Assembly: GCF_006345805.1 (NCBI RefSeq)
Contig: NW_021834025.1
Coordinates: forward strand, 1-51,436
Direction of reading: 5' to 3'
Length of the DNA: 51,436 bases
DNA from: Octopus sinensis
Taxonomy: Eukaryota
The notes below the pieces were generated by a model. The model was not told the DNA's origin. It ran no database searches and was given only the letters and a program-made list of their open reading frames with translations. Both the position numbers and the translations under genes were made by a program. Below, in pieces: positions 12,381 through 23,494 of the stretch. Numbering within the stretch: position 1 is the first letter of the stretch; every line of letters starts with the position of its first letter.

Positions 12381-13090
12381 CAAAAGAGAACGCAGTGTAA
12401 ATAACGGACAGAGTCAAAACTATTGAAAAGGTTGCAAGACACAATGAAAATTTTAGGAAAATAAAAATAAGAAATAACTGGAAATTTTACTGGTGAGTGT
12501 GTTAAATAATAAGGCAGAAAAAGAAAATGACTCTCCCCAGACACCAGAATATGCTTCAACACATGAACTCATATTAAGAATCTTGCAAACCAAATTCAAA
12601 AACGAATTACAATATATTTATTTTAAATCATTTATTTATTTTAAATTGTTCATCTTTCTCCCCCCTCTCTCTCTCACACACATTACTTTGGGTGCGAAAG
12701 AGTTTTGTTTTTATTTTATGCTGAGTAAAAAAGTGTTTTGTTGACAATCCATTTATTTAACAACAAAAAAACAAAGAGGTGAGTAATAATTTGTCAGTGA
12801 ATTACACAATATAAATGGGTACAATTTGAGAGGCTTCCACCATACCTCACTCCATTTCATGGACCACAAAAAGAGTTGATTCCATGCAAAAAAAAAGGAT
12901 TTTTTTCTTAGTGAAAATCGTGCAAGTGTTAATCTACAAATTTAACAACATTTTTTTCCATTCATTTCTGTTTATGAACATGTATGCGTGCAAAAAACAT
13001 GGAATAGGTGTACGTACGTGTGTGTATGTGTGTTCGTATCTGTTGCCCAGATATATTTATATATATATATCTGAAGAACAGGACAATTAA

Positions 13091-13196
13091 GGCGGTGAGC
13101 TGGCAGAAACGTTAGCGCGCCGGGCGAAATGCTTCGCGGTATTTCTTCTGTCTTTACATTCTGAGTTCAAATTCCACCAAGGACGACTTTGCCTTT
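13091..13196 (+). mobile_element. tRNA-derived SINE head (3'-truncated)
   Basis: Pol III A-box-like tggcagaaacgttagc and B-box gagttcaaattcc; same family as the full copy at 35668-35893. Confidence 0.8.
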
Positions 13197-13214
13197 ATAT
13201 ATATAAATAACATA

Positions 13215-13337
13215 ACTAATTTCAACGGATTTCACCCAAATTTGACGTCTATATTACTTAGTTTGGTTTGAAATAAAGAACTTGATTAGCTTAATAATCG
13301 TAACTTAATCCCGGGCAAGGCCGAGTTATACTGCTAG
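13215..13337 (+). mobile_element. Helitron 3' end fragment
   Basis: Matches 29330-29449 and the reverse complement of 16933-17055; hairpin cccgggcaaggccgag, then CTAG 13334-13337|T. Confidence 0.7.
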
Positions 13338-13462
13338 TATATATATATATACTACTAATATAGGATAAAATTTTTTTCAGAAAAAATTTCATCAAAAGTG
13401 GCAGTATATTAAAATACCTTTAAAGGTTAAAAATATAAACATATTTATATATATTTATTTTA

Positions 13463-13856
13463 TTACTTGTTTCAGTCATTTGACTGCAACCATGCTGAAG
13501 CACCACCTTGAAGTGTTTTTAGTTGAAATCAACCCCAGGACATACTTTTTTTTTAAAGCCTGGTACTTATTCTATCAGTCTATTTTGCTGAACTGCTAAG
13601 TTACGGGGCATAGACACACCAACACTGGTTGTCATGAGGGAACAAACTGGTGATGGGGGAACAAACATGGGCACAAGGGGGCGGGACATACACACATGAC
13701 AGGCTTCTCTCAATTTCTGTCTACCAAAATCTACTCACAATGCTTTGGTTGGCCTAAGACTATAGTAGAAGACTTTTGCCCAAGTGTCATGCAGTGATAC
13801 TGAACCTGAAACCATGTGGTTGGGCAGTAAAGTTCTCACCACACAACTATGCCTGC
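13463..13856 (-). mobile_element. Full-length tRNA-derived SINE with CORE-like central domain
   Basis: The - strand reads gcaggcatagttgtgtggtgag...ggttcagtatcactgcatgacacttgggcaa...; the 3' block is shared with 7289-7510. Confidence 0.7.
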
Positions 13857-14300
13857 ACATATGTATGTATCTGTTTATATACATACATATACACACACAC
13901 TAAATATATATATATATATATACTACAAAATTAGAAAATGGAGAAACATACTTAAATCAATAAAACATCAACTATCAGATGATACCCAATCAATATTTTA
14001 TTACACCATTACATATCAGTAAAGGCATTATACAAAATATACAGTAAATGTAAATAGACAAGGAAATATAAGTATAATATATAAAATATAATATGTAATT
14101 AAATCATATCTGACAGCTGTTTCGGCAGCAAGGGCAGTCATACCTCATTTAACCTATAAGCCATAAAGGCAGGTATAAATGAGGCATTAACAAGGATGCC
14201 CCACGGCCTCTTCAGAGAATTTAATTTGTTATAATTGTGAAAAAATTATTTTTCCATATACATATAAATATAAAAATGTAAAATATAAAAATGTAAAATA

Positions 14301-14356
14301 TAATTCGGTTGGCTAGTAGTTTGAAATTTGAATCAAACTACTAGCCAACCGAATTA
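14301..14356. repeat. Perfect 24-bp hairpin with 8-nt loop
   Basis: taattcggttggctagtagtttga-aatttgaa-tcaaactactagccaaccgaatta. Confidence 0.95.
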
Positions 14357-14803
14357 ATCTAAAATAATCATTACCTAGTGGTCAGAATTTCTAAACTCAT
14401 AGTTATTTCGATCTTGAAAGGATGGACTTGGTGCAAACATAACTGTATCTATTATTATTATTATTATTATTATTAATATTAATAGTAATTTTTATTGACT
14501 TTTATAGCTTTATAATTTTATGAACTGAACCATGGTTTTAATTATTATTTTTCATCTCCCTATGTGTTAGTTTTTTAAAACTATTAGCCAAATATGTATA
14601 ATAACTGTGCTTATTAATATTAATATATACACTGATATATATTTTGTTTTATTTTGTTTTGTTTACCTTGCATTATTGTACCAATGAGTATTATATTATA
14701 TATGTGTAGCATTATGAAGTTATGCATAAGTTTTTATATTTTACATTTTTATATTTATATGTATATGGAAAAATAATTTTTTCACAATTATAACAAATTA
14801 GAT

Positions 14804-14913
14804 TCTCTGAAGAGGCCGTGGGGCATCCTTGTTAATGCCTCATTTATACCTGCCTTTATGGCTTATAGGTTAAATGAGGTATGACTGCCCTTGCTGCCGA
14901 AACAGCTGTCAGA
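14804..14913 (+). ncRNA. Type I hammerhead ribozyme motif with long structured stem II (mirror on - strand at 14109-14218)
   Basis: Stem I UCU/AGA; core CUGAAGA 14807-14813; stem II GGC/GCC enclosing CCUCAUUUA...UAAAUGAGG; GAAAC 14899-14903; palindromic helix III ACAGCUGU; predicted cleavage after GUC (14910). Confidence 0.75.
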
Positions 14914-15504
14914 TATGATTTAATTACATATTATATTTTATATATTATACTTATATTTCCTTGTCTATTTACATTTACTGTATATTTTGTATAATGCCTT
15001 TACTGATATGTAATGGTGTAATAAAGTATTGATTGGGTATCATCTGATAGTTGATGTTTTATTGATTTAAGTATGTTTCTCCATTTTCTAATTTTGTAGT
15101 ATTAATTTACGGTAATATTATTACCTTTGCCCATATAATACAATAGATGAACTGATTGTTTGGCAATTTTTAACATCTATGTATTAGTCTTGTTGGGTAC
15201 CTATCTAGCAGTATATTGGATATATGTTATCCCATGGTGGGTTGAATTTTCAACCCCTATCTCATTTTATAACCTATATATATATATATATATAGTTACT
15301 CCACGTTTTTTAAGGACAATAAAATGAAAAAAAAAGCAGTTTCTATTTGAAAGAGTTGGCAACAGCAGAGCATTTTATTGTAAAATATTGCCTCAAATGA
15401 ATCTCTATTTAACTTATGCAATCAAGAATAAATAAATGTTAAATAAACGAATGATACTTTGAAAATAAAATGATTCAAACTGTTTTTCTTTTTTTGTTTT
15501 CCAG

Positions 15505-15636
15505 ATTTTCATGTTGCCAAATTTTACTTTAGAGAATCCTGATGTTTTTAGTGGTGTGTTTCCTTGGACGCAGGTGGAAGAATCAAAACCAGATAATAAT
15601 GGCAATCGGCAGTCATGTAAACTTTTACAAGAGAAG
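15505..15636 (+). CDS. VPS54: VPS54 internal coding exon (phase 0-0, 132 bp): IFMLPNFTLENPDVFSGVFPWTQVEESKPDNNGNRQSCKLLQEK
   Basis: Strong polypyrimidine acceptor (tttttgttttccAG, 15503-15504), open 44-codon frame and GT donor at 15637. The peptide matches the recalled vertebrate VPS54 segment IFMKPDFALDD...VLPWS...SKLLQEK and joins in frame to the exon at 47162. Confidence 0.9.
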
Positions 15637-15771
15637 GTAGTATTTGTTTAAAACCATTCTGCACCATTTAAATACAATTATATATAAATAAAATATATGT
15701 TCTGGCTCACCCATGTAAACATGGAAAAATGATTGTTGAGGTGATGGTGATATACATACATCAGCATTTAA

Positions 15772-15965
15772 TATCCATTTTCAATGCTGGCATGGTTTAG
15801 ATGGTTTGACAGGAACTGGCAAGGCCAGGGGCCATGCCAAGTTCCATAGTTTGTTTTGAATTGGTTTCTGCAGCTGAATGCTCTTCTTAACACCAACCAT
15901 TCTATGGAGTGTACTGAATGCTCTTTCATGGCACCAGCACAAGTGATTTTTATGTGGCAGCAGCA
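15772..15965 (-). mobile_element. Decayed RTE-tail-related short element
   Basis: Diverged match to the ccattttccatgctggcatgg...cagctggatgcccttcctaacgccaacc block. Confidence 0.55.
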
Positions 15966-16087
15966 CCCTGCATGTATGTATATATATATATATACATATA
16001 TATAGATATAGATATAACAATAAATAAATGGAGTTAAATGCAGGTGTTATTGAAATTCTTTTACTTCTGACATGTTTCAAAGACAAT

Positions 16088-16786
16088 ATCATCATCGTTT
16101 AATGTCCGCTTTCCATGCTATCATGTGTTGGACGATTTTGATTGAGGGCTGGCGAACCAGATGGCTGCACCAGGCTCCAATCTTGATCTGGCAGAGTTTC
16201 TACAGCTGGATGCCCTTCCTAACGCCAACCACTCCAAGAATGTAGTGGGTGCTTTTTACGTGCCACCGGATCGGGCGCCAATCAGGCGGTACTGGCAACG
16301 ACCTCGCTTGAATCATTTTACACGTGCCACCGGCACAGGTACCAGTGAAGCGACATTGGTAATGATCACGCTCGAATGGTGCCTTTTTACATGCCACGGG
16401 TACGGAAGCCAGTTGGTTGCTCTGGCAACGATCATGCTCGAATTAGCACCCTACTAGCATATGCACAAGTGCCAGTAAGACGACGCTGGTAACGATCATA
16501 CTTGAATGGTGCCTTTTTATGTGCCACTGGCATGGAAGCCAGTTAGTCGCTCTGTCAACGATCACACTTGTATGGTGCTCTTTGCACCCCGCTAGTACGG
16601 ATGCCAGTCATTGAATTGATTTTGGTTTTGATTTCACTTGCCTCAACAGGTCTTCGCAAGCAGAGTTTAGTGACCAAAGAAGGAAAAGGTACGCATAAGC
16701 GGGCTGGTTACGCTCCTGGCATAGGCCACAGGTTATGGTCTCATTTGGCTTGCCAGGTCTTCTCAACATTGATATTATTCCAAAGG
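16088..16786 (-). mobile_element. 3' end (about 700 bp) of RTE LINE
   Basis: Reverse complement of about 25385-26064, including the catcatcgtttaatgtccg tail. Confidence 0.85.
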
Positions 16787-16887
16787 AATAAAATGGTGTA
16801 AAACAATGTGTGGTTATTTGCTACCCTGGTAACTGTTTGTCTATTTTTTCCATGTTAGTTGTAAACAAGGGAAAAATACACACATCC

Positions 16888-16932
<45 letters not shown>

Positions 16933-16933
<1 letters not shown>

Positions 16934-17649
16934 TAGTAGTATAGCCCAGTTTTGCTCAGGATTCACTTAGAATTATTAAGCTAATTAAGCTCTTTATTTC
17001 AAACCAAACTAAGTAACATTGTTGTCAAATTTGAGCGAAATCCGTTGAAATTGGTAAACTTTTGACTGAAAATGAGTTGCAGACAATTTGATTGGGAAAT
17101 CCCATAAGGAATCGGTTTATCAATTGTCTTTTTTTTTAACGTTTTTGGAGAACTTAAAGCATTCAAAGATCTTATGAGTCCTAAGTAATGCTGGCATCAA
17201 GTTTGAACAAAATACATCAAAATTGCTAAAAGTTATGGTTGAAAATTTAACCAATTTTAGTGGGAAATTCTATAATGAATCGGTTTATTGATTTTTTTTT
17301 ATTATCCTGATTAAATGGAAAACCCCATAAGGAATCAGTTTATTGATTTTTCACCCCAAATAGGACTTAACCGAACACAACATTGCTGTTTCAAAAACAT
17401 CTATATTTATACTTTAAAGTTGGTTTTCATACCCAATCCAGTTCTGCAGAATGAGTGTTGTGATGGGTTGAGAGTTTGATCGGCAGAGGTGATCAGGTTG
17501 CATATGCCAGCCCTTTTGAAAACACCACACCCATCATGTAACCCCACTTTGCCCATGGGTTTGGAACACTTCCAGCAAGGAAAATAGAATGCCCAAAAGG
17601 ACCCCCCGATCCTCTGTGTCAGAAACAGTTATGTTCAGATCACAACTAA

Positions 17650-17739
<90 letters not shown>

Positions 17740-18610
17740 CACACACACAAACATATATGTACATACACCTATTGCATACATGTTTTTTTTATGCCCTTGC
17801 CCTTGACCCTGTCCCACCACCAATCCGCACCCAAGTAATACCATCAATTGAGGGAAATTTGGCACCTGGGCGTAAGTTGCGTAAGAAGAATAGAGAGGCC
17901 TACCTTCTCCCGCAGAGATGTGATAGTCAGATCTCCCCTTTCGAAAACATGAACAGTTTCGAAACATTGTTACAAAATAACAGCTGATTGTTTGCAAAGG
18001 AGTGTGTCTATAGTCAACACTTAGGATTTTTGACCTGGTAACTTCTGCTCTCTCCCTTGTTCATGCACGACCAGCGATATGTCGCTATGAGTAGAGCAAC
18101 GGATTCAGCTAATTTGGAGCTTAGTTGTGAAGAAACAGAGAATATCGTTTATATTGTATATATATATATATACATACACATACGGGCAACACATGCTGCA
18201 TACATGTTCGTATGTGTGTGACTGAAGCCATTCACACATACATACATAACAACCCCTGTCTGTTTTTGTCTGTCAGTCACTCACTTAAAACACGAAATTT
18301 TAAAAATCTGTTATCTCTCCCTTTCTCTCTCTCTCTCTCTCTCTCTTTGTACCATCACTAGAAGGGGGACTTAACTCATGTTTGCAAATGATGGTGTATT
18401 TTTCTGACTTGAAAATTGTTAGATGTTATTGTTCAAAATTATTTTTTCTGCTATTTGCTGATGCCTCGGTGCAAAATAATTTGACGAAAATACAGCTAGG
18501 GTCGTGACGAATGTCCTCCTAAAATTTGAGCGACATGCCTGCTAATTTGTGGATGTGCATAAATTGCATTCCTGTACACACACACACATCCTGCCTTTTA
18601 TATATACAGA
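16933..18610 (-). mobile_element. Complete non-autonomous Helitron (copy A) with helicase remnant
   Basis: 5' TC at 18610-18609; 3' CTAG at 16933-16936 with degenerate hairpin; embedded in (TA)n. The + strand at 18057-18152 encodes LFMHDQRYVAMSRATDSANLELSCEETENIVY (PIF1-like HGQLYVAxSR...TxNxVY). Confidence 0.8.
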
Positions 18611-18639
18611 TATATATATATATACCGGAGTAAACACAT

Positions 18640-18693
18640 AACAAAAACTGTCTGACGAACGGGAACGTGAAACTCCGAGTAACAGGTTTTGTT
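18640..18693 (+). ncRNA. Canonical type I hammerhead ribozyme motif
   Basis: Stem I AACAAAAACUGU/ACAGGUUUUGUU (11 of 12 bp); core CUGACGA 18652-18658; stem II ACG-GGAA-CGU; GAAA 18669-18672; stem III ACU-CCG-AGU; predicted cleavage after GUA (18681). Confidence 0.8.
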
Positions 18694-18715
18694 GAATTTC
18701 TGCTGCTTTTAAATA

Positions 18716-18718
<3 letters not shown>

Positions 18719-18794
<76 letters not shown>

Positions 18795-18810
18795 CACACA
18801 CACACATAAA
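18719..18810. repeat. (CA)n/(TA)n microsatellite
   Basis: Seen directly. Confidence 0.95.
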
Positions 18811-19122
18811 TATATATTAGAAGAAATAAGGTACTCAGAAATCTGGATGGTTTTATAGTTACAGATATTTATTAATATGTCACATGTTTTTATAAATCAT
18901 ATTAGTGCTTGCGTCCACTCTAGATTGAATTTTTTCAGATTTGTCTCTTTTTATAGTATTATTGAGTGTGTAGGGTGGAGAGAGCGATATAAGATAGTAA
19001 AAGAGGGCGAGGAATGGGGAGAAAGGGAGAGAGAGTGCGTGTGTGTGTGTGTGCCTTTGTATCTGAAAGAAGTGTGAAATGGAAAAGAGAAGGAAAGGAT
19101 GAAAGAAGAGAGAAAGAAAAAA

Positions 19123-20311
19123 TGTCATTCCTTGGGCATTTATAGAAGGGAAAGATCTTAAATTTTCCTTCTCCACATGTATCTTTCACAGTTCCTCCTG
19201 TCGAACATGTTGTCGGTGAATTCTGGCTCGTTGGTTTAAAGAATTTCCAGTTTTGCCTATATAACTCTCCTTGCATATTACTACGCCCTGCATCTTGCAA
19301 TTCATGTCTGCATTTACTCTGAATATGTGAAAAAGTGGAAACGCTACCTCGATGACTGTTTCATCTTTTGGAATAGATCAGATCTACGAACATTCCACAA
19401 CAACCTCAACACACTGCACCCATCTATCAACTTCACGATAGATACCAGCCACAATGAACTTCCCTTCCTAGACATCAACATCAAATACACAACTCCATCA
19501 TCACAACAGACATCTACTAGAAAAAAACCAACACACCAATATTTAAATTTCTACTCCTGCCACCCATCCCACATAAAAAGAAACATTGCATATAGTATGG
19601 CAAGATGCATATGCAGCATAGTAACCGACTCACAAACACACCAAATAAGACTAAATGAAGTTAAAAACTTCCTACTAGAACAAAAATACCTACTCAAATT
19701 AATAAAAAACGGAATCTCAAGAGCAATGAAACTGGACATCACACAATTCAGAAACCCCAAAACGAAAAACAAAGAAAACATCATCCCTTTCATAAACACA
19801 CACAACCCTGGAGTTACCAACATGTTTCAGATCATACATTCAAACCTACAAATAGTCCTACAAAGCCCCAAAATGGAAAACATACTAAACAAATATTGCA
19901 TAAAAACAGTAAACAACAATACAAAAACCTGAAGAAACAACTAACAAGAGTGAAATTCCCATCAGAGACTAAAACCAAATTCTTTGTAAAAGAGTGCGAA
20001 GAAGGTAGATGTGGGATCTGCAGTAACCCCATCTACAAATATATAGAAGGAAACAAACAAATAAAATTTATGAGTAATATGCTGCATAACCTGCCCCACA
20101 TGCAAGGAGAATTATGTAGGCAAAACTGGAAATTCTTTATGCCAACGAGCCAGAATTCACCGACAACATGTCCAACAGGAGGAACTGTGAAAGGTTCCAC
20201 TGGGTAAATACTTAGATACATGTGGAGAAGAAAAATTTAAGATCTTTCCTTTCTATAAATGCCCAAGGAATGACACCTTCAGGAAAAGTATGGAAAAATA
20301 CTCCTGACAGC
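19123..20311 (+). mobile_element. 5'-truncated Penelope-like element (RT C-half plus GIY-YIG) with inverted 5' duplication (19123-19276)
   Basis: ORF 19327-19932 has WKRYLDDCFIFW...LHPSINFT...LPFLDI...HQYLNFYSCHPSH. GIY-YIG remnant CPTCKENYVGKT...RKSMEKY at about 20090-20311. 19123-19276 is the reverse complement of 20100-20275. Confidence 0.88.
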
Positions 20312-21700
20312 ATCATGGGATGTTGGATGGAGGTTCTGATTAAGTTGCTAGGGGTTTAGTTTGGACCAGACCTCCAAATAGAGAACTGGGCCGAGGTATT
20401 GAGCAGAGTGCCCCACATAGTCAAGACCTGGTCTTGGCGGTGGCTATCTCTGAAAGGGAGGATGGAAGTGGCCAATGTGTTCATGGCATCGGTCATCACC
20501 TACCACCTAACTGTCGTTCCTTGTCTTGATTCGTGATTGATCAAGCTGGAGAGTCAGCTCTTCCACTTCTTGTGGAAGAGCTTGAAACCGCTTGTGAGAT
20601 GCTCTATTTGCTGCCAACAACCATTAAAGAGTGAGCTAGGAATGCCTTGGCTGTTGATGCGCAGAGGTGCGCTGAGGTTGAGGCATCTGTGACTCTACCT
20701 GGATGGTGAACGAGTGTGGTCTCTGCTGGGGAAACGAATGTTTCTCAAGTTCACTAGTTTCTGTGAACAGGAAACTTGGTTCTATCGAAGATTGAAGTTG
20801 GGTACAAGGTTTACAGAGTGTCGCAAGGCTCTCCTGCTATTCTGTCACTCAGGCAATGTCTGTGGTGGAGGTTTGACCACATTCTTTCATAGAGGGCTTG
20901 TAGAGGTGGAATGTGATGATACCTTAAGGGAATCCTTAGGTCTCGGCGATAATCAGCTAGCTAGTCTGTTCCAATGTACATCCAAGCTGAAGACCTTGGA
21001 CAACTTTCAGAAGTCTCTTGTATGGCAGTGTTACCGAGGAGCTTTACCTGTTTGGGACAAACTCATAAGGCATGATGGTCATGGCCCTTCAACCTGTCCA
21101 AGGTGTGAGCAGGATAGGGAAACTGTCCCGCCAGATGTGTGGGTTTATGCTGAACAACTGTTGTCAAGCACAGGAAGAGTATGACTATTGACTGAGTCTA
21201 TTGTAAAAATTGACCTGCCCGATTTCTTATCGAAAGACAGTAAGAATTGTTTTCTCATTGTAGTAGTAATTGCGAGAGAGGTGATTTAAATGACAAGACT
21301 GAAAGTGTTAAAGTCAGGTACCTTCCACACTGGCCTTGAATTGGTGAATTACTTCACCTTTCACCATAAAAGAAAAATAGGGCTCGGGAGAAAATGCCTG
21401 ACTGTGAAAATGTTCGAAGATCGATGGAAGAATGTAACACGAATGTAATCTCATGAATGCAACACAGGATGTGCCTCGGGTATCAGTGGCAAAGCAGGGC
21501 TTGTGGGGTCCAAATTTAATCTGCCTTCCCACTTCATCCGTAATGTCTTCCGGTCTGTCCTACCATTCAATTTAATTACAATTTCATATTTTTTGTAAAA
21601 TTTTTAACGTCATATTTTTGTGTATAATCATTCGCCTATCTGACCCAAAAATCAGATTGTGTTGTCCCCTCTTCATTGGCCCCTTGTGGGTAATTAAAAG
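20312..21700 (+). mobile_element. 5'-truncated L1/Tx1-clade LINE (RT C-terminus, zf-RVT-like CxxC, 3'UTR)
   Basis: KLLGV..GPDLQIENWAEVLSRV..WSWRWLSLKGRMEVANVFMASVITY..FHFLWK and VWQCYRGALPV..CPRCEQDRETV; multiple stops. The 3' boundary is approximate. Confidence 0.75.
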
Positions 21701-21737
21701 TCACCTGGTATGTAGATGTGTTTATGAACTTTGTGTA

Positions 21738-21820
21738 ACATACTGATGAAGGGAGTGCCATGATTAATAATATAAAATGTCATATTTCTTGACATATCTC
21801 TGAAACAGCCTGCAGATGTG
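21738..21820 (+). ncRNA. Degenerate hammerhead motif (decayed PLE pLTR)
   Basis: CUGAUGA 21743-21749, stem II AGGGA/UCUCU and GAAAC 21802-21806, but AGCCUGC replaces AGCUGUC, so helix III and the cleavage site are broken. Confidence 0.5.
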
Positions 21821-22539
21821 TTTTTTATATTTTTTCTTTCGTTGTTTTTAATGTCTTTTTACTCCTTAATCTTCTCAAGAAAAATTTTTAATTCCAACAT
21901 ACTAAAGTTTTATAATTTTAAATGTACTTACAAAAGAAATTCTTCTTAAATTCAGTTGTTTTTTTAAAAATTCAATCGTGTTTTATTTATTGCATTGACA
22001 TTTGTTTATTTATATATATTTATGTATTCTGGAATTTTATTTCCAATTCATTGAGAATATATGAATTTATATAAGTTTGGAATGTGCATTTTAATTATGT
22101 TCTTTTAGACTTCGCCTGCGTTGCATCCATAAAAAAGTATTATTTTGAATATAGCTCATAATGAGCACTACATCTTCCTATCTATATTAATGTGAATTAT
22201 TGTTAACATTAACAAGCTCTAAATAGACTATATATTTTATATATTTATATGTATATATATATATATATAACATAAGGGACGTTAGCCATCTGAATGTGGC
22301 TAGGGACAGGGCAGGGCGGTGGGGGTGTTACTGATGCATTTAGCCCCAGGCGATCATCAACGTCACCATGGGTTTTGCAGTAAATCACTATATCATCCAT
22401 AACTTTTGTATTATCCACTCAAATTACACCAAAATCTCAGACAATACCAATTAATATTGTATTTATTGTCTGTGAAAATTATAGAATATAAAACAACTTT
22501 AATAAAAACTTATACCTACTTTTCTGACAAAAACAATGC

Positions 22540-23030
22540 CGTTCTGAACATTTTGGCCGCAACTGTATGTCAGGTCACTTTCGAGTGCTACTGGTAACAT
22601 GTAACCCAGTACAACCTGTTGCATGGTCGGGTTGTCGGCGACTAAACCAGCAACCCCACCAAGCTTGCTTGGTGAGGAGGGTGTTTATTGGACAACCTGT
22701 GGGATGAAAAACAAAACCCATCAAAGGGCGGAGGAACTCTTGAGAGTCAACGGCCATCCAATAAATGTCTTAAGGCTGTATCATGCACGGGGACATAGAA
22801 ATAATTGGACTGAATACCCGATCGTGTGGTTAAACCATTGGGAGTGAAGGACTCCTAGCCTTTGTTAGGGCATCCTTCTAGGAGAAGGTAACTTGAATAA
22901 CTGGAATAACTCCGACATAAAACCTGCGGCTCAGTGGTTACCGATGATGTTGACTTGTTCTTCTTTTCAGATTATGGCTGCTGTTGCTTAGTGAGTGGGA
23001 TTGACTCAGTGCACAGCCTTTCCTCACTTT
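22540..23030 (+). mobile_element. Probable RTE-clade LINE 5'UTR
   Basis: GC-richer block with ggttgtcggcgactaaaccagcaacccc and gttagggcatccttctaggagaagg, resembling recalled RTE 5'UTR motifs; no ORF support. Confidence 0.45.
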
Positions 23031-23123
23031 GAAAAAAATCTTCTTGCACAGGCATTGCACGAAAACAACATTGATTATGCTTCGCACACTGGCCATACTC
23101 AATAACGAGGGGGCAGCCACCAT

Positions 23124-23166
<43 letters not shown>

Positions 23167-23167
<1 letters not shown>

Positions 23168-23392
23168 TAGCATTAAAGACCCGTCGTTGCCAGGTCATAG
23201 TGCTAGTGCATGTATATATGTGTATATATATGTGTACATATTACATGTACATCTATATATATACATCTGCACATAAAATACAAATACAAAGTTATACCTT
23301 GATATCGCTAGTGATAACAATACTCAAAATGTATAACAGACTGGAATTGTTAGCCCGTCTCTTGTAATTTCGATCAATTGTATCTTGTCCTC
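23167..23392 (-). mobile_element. 3' fragment of the Helitron family at 154-1117
   Basis: Reverse complement of about 910-1117; CTAG at 23167-23170 abuts (TA)n. Confidence 0.8.
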
Positions 23393-23494
23393 CCTCTTGT
23401 ATAGAAGTGTGGCTACAATCCAACCTACCTCTACCGGGGGGGGGGGGGGCATTATATATATATATATATATACATACATACATACATACATAAC

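Larger units (their letters stand above)
13920..15102. repeat. Near-perfect inverted repeat (arms 13920-14291 and 14731-15102, about 370 bp), probable Penelope-like pLTR fold-back
   Basis: Only 2 substitutions and a small indel were seen between arms; each arm carries a hammerhead motif. Confidence 0.92.

Noticed and set aside
13091-13196. tRNA gene
   Set aside because: A/B boxes are present but there is no cloverleaf, and the sequence continues as a SINE body in the 35668 copy.
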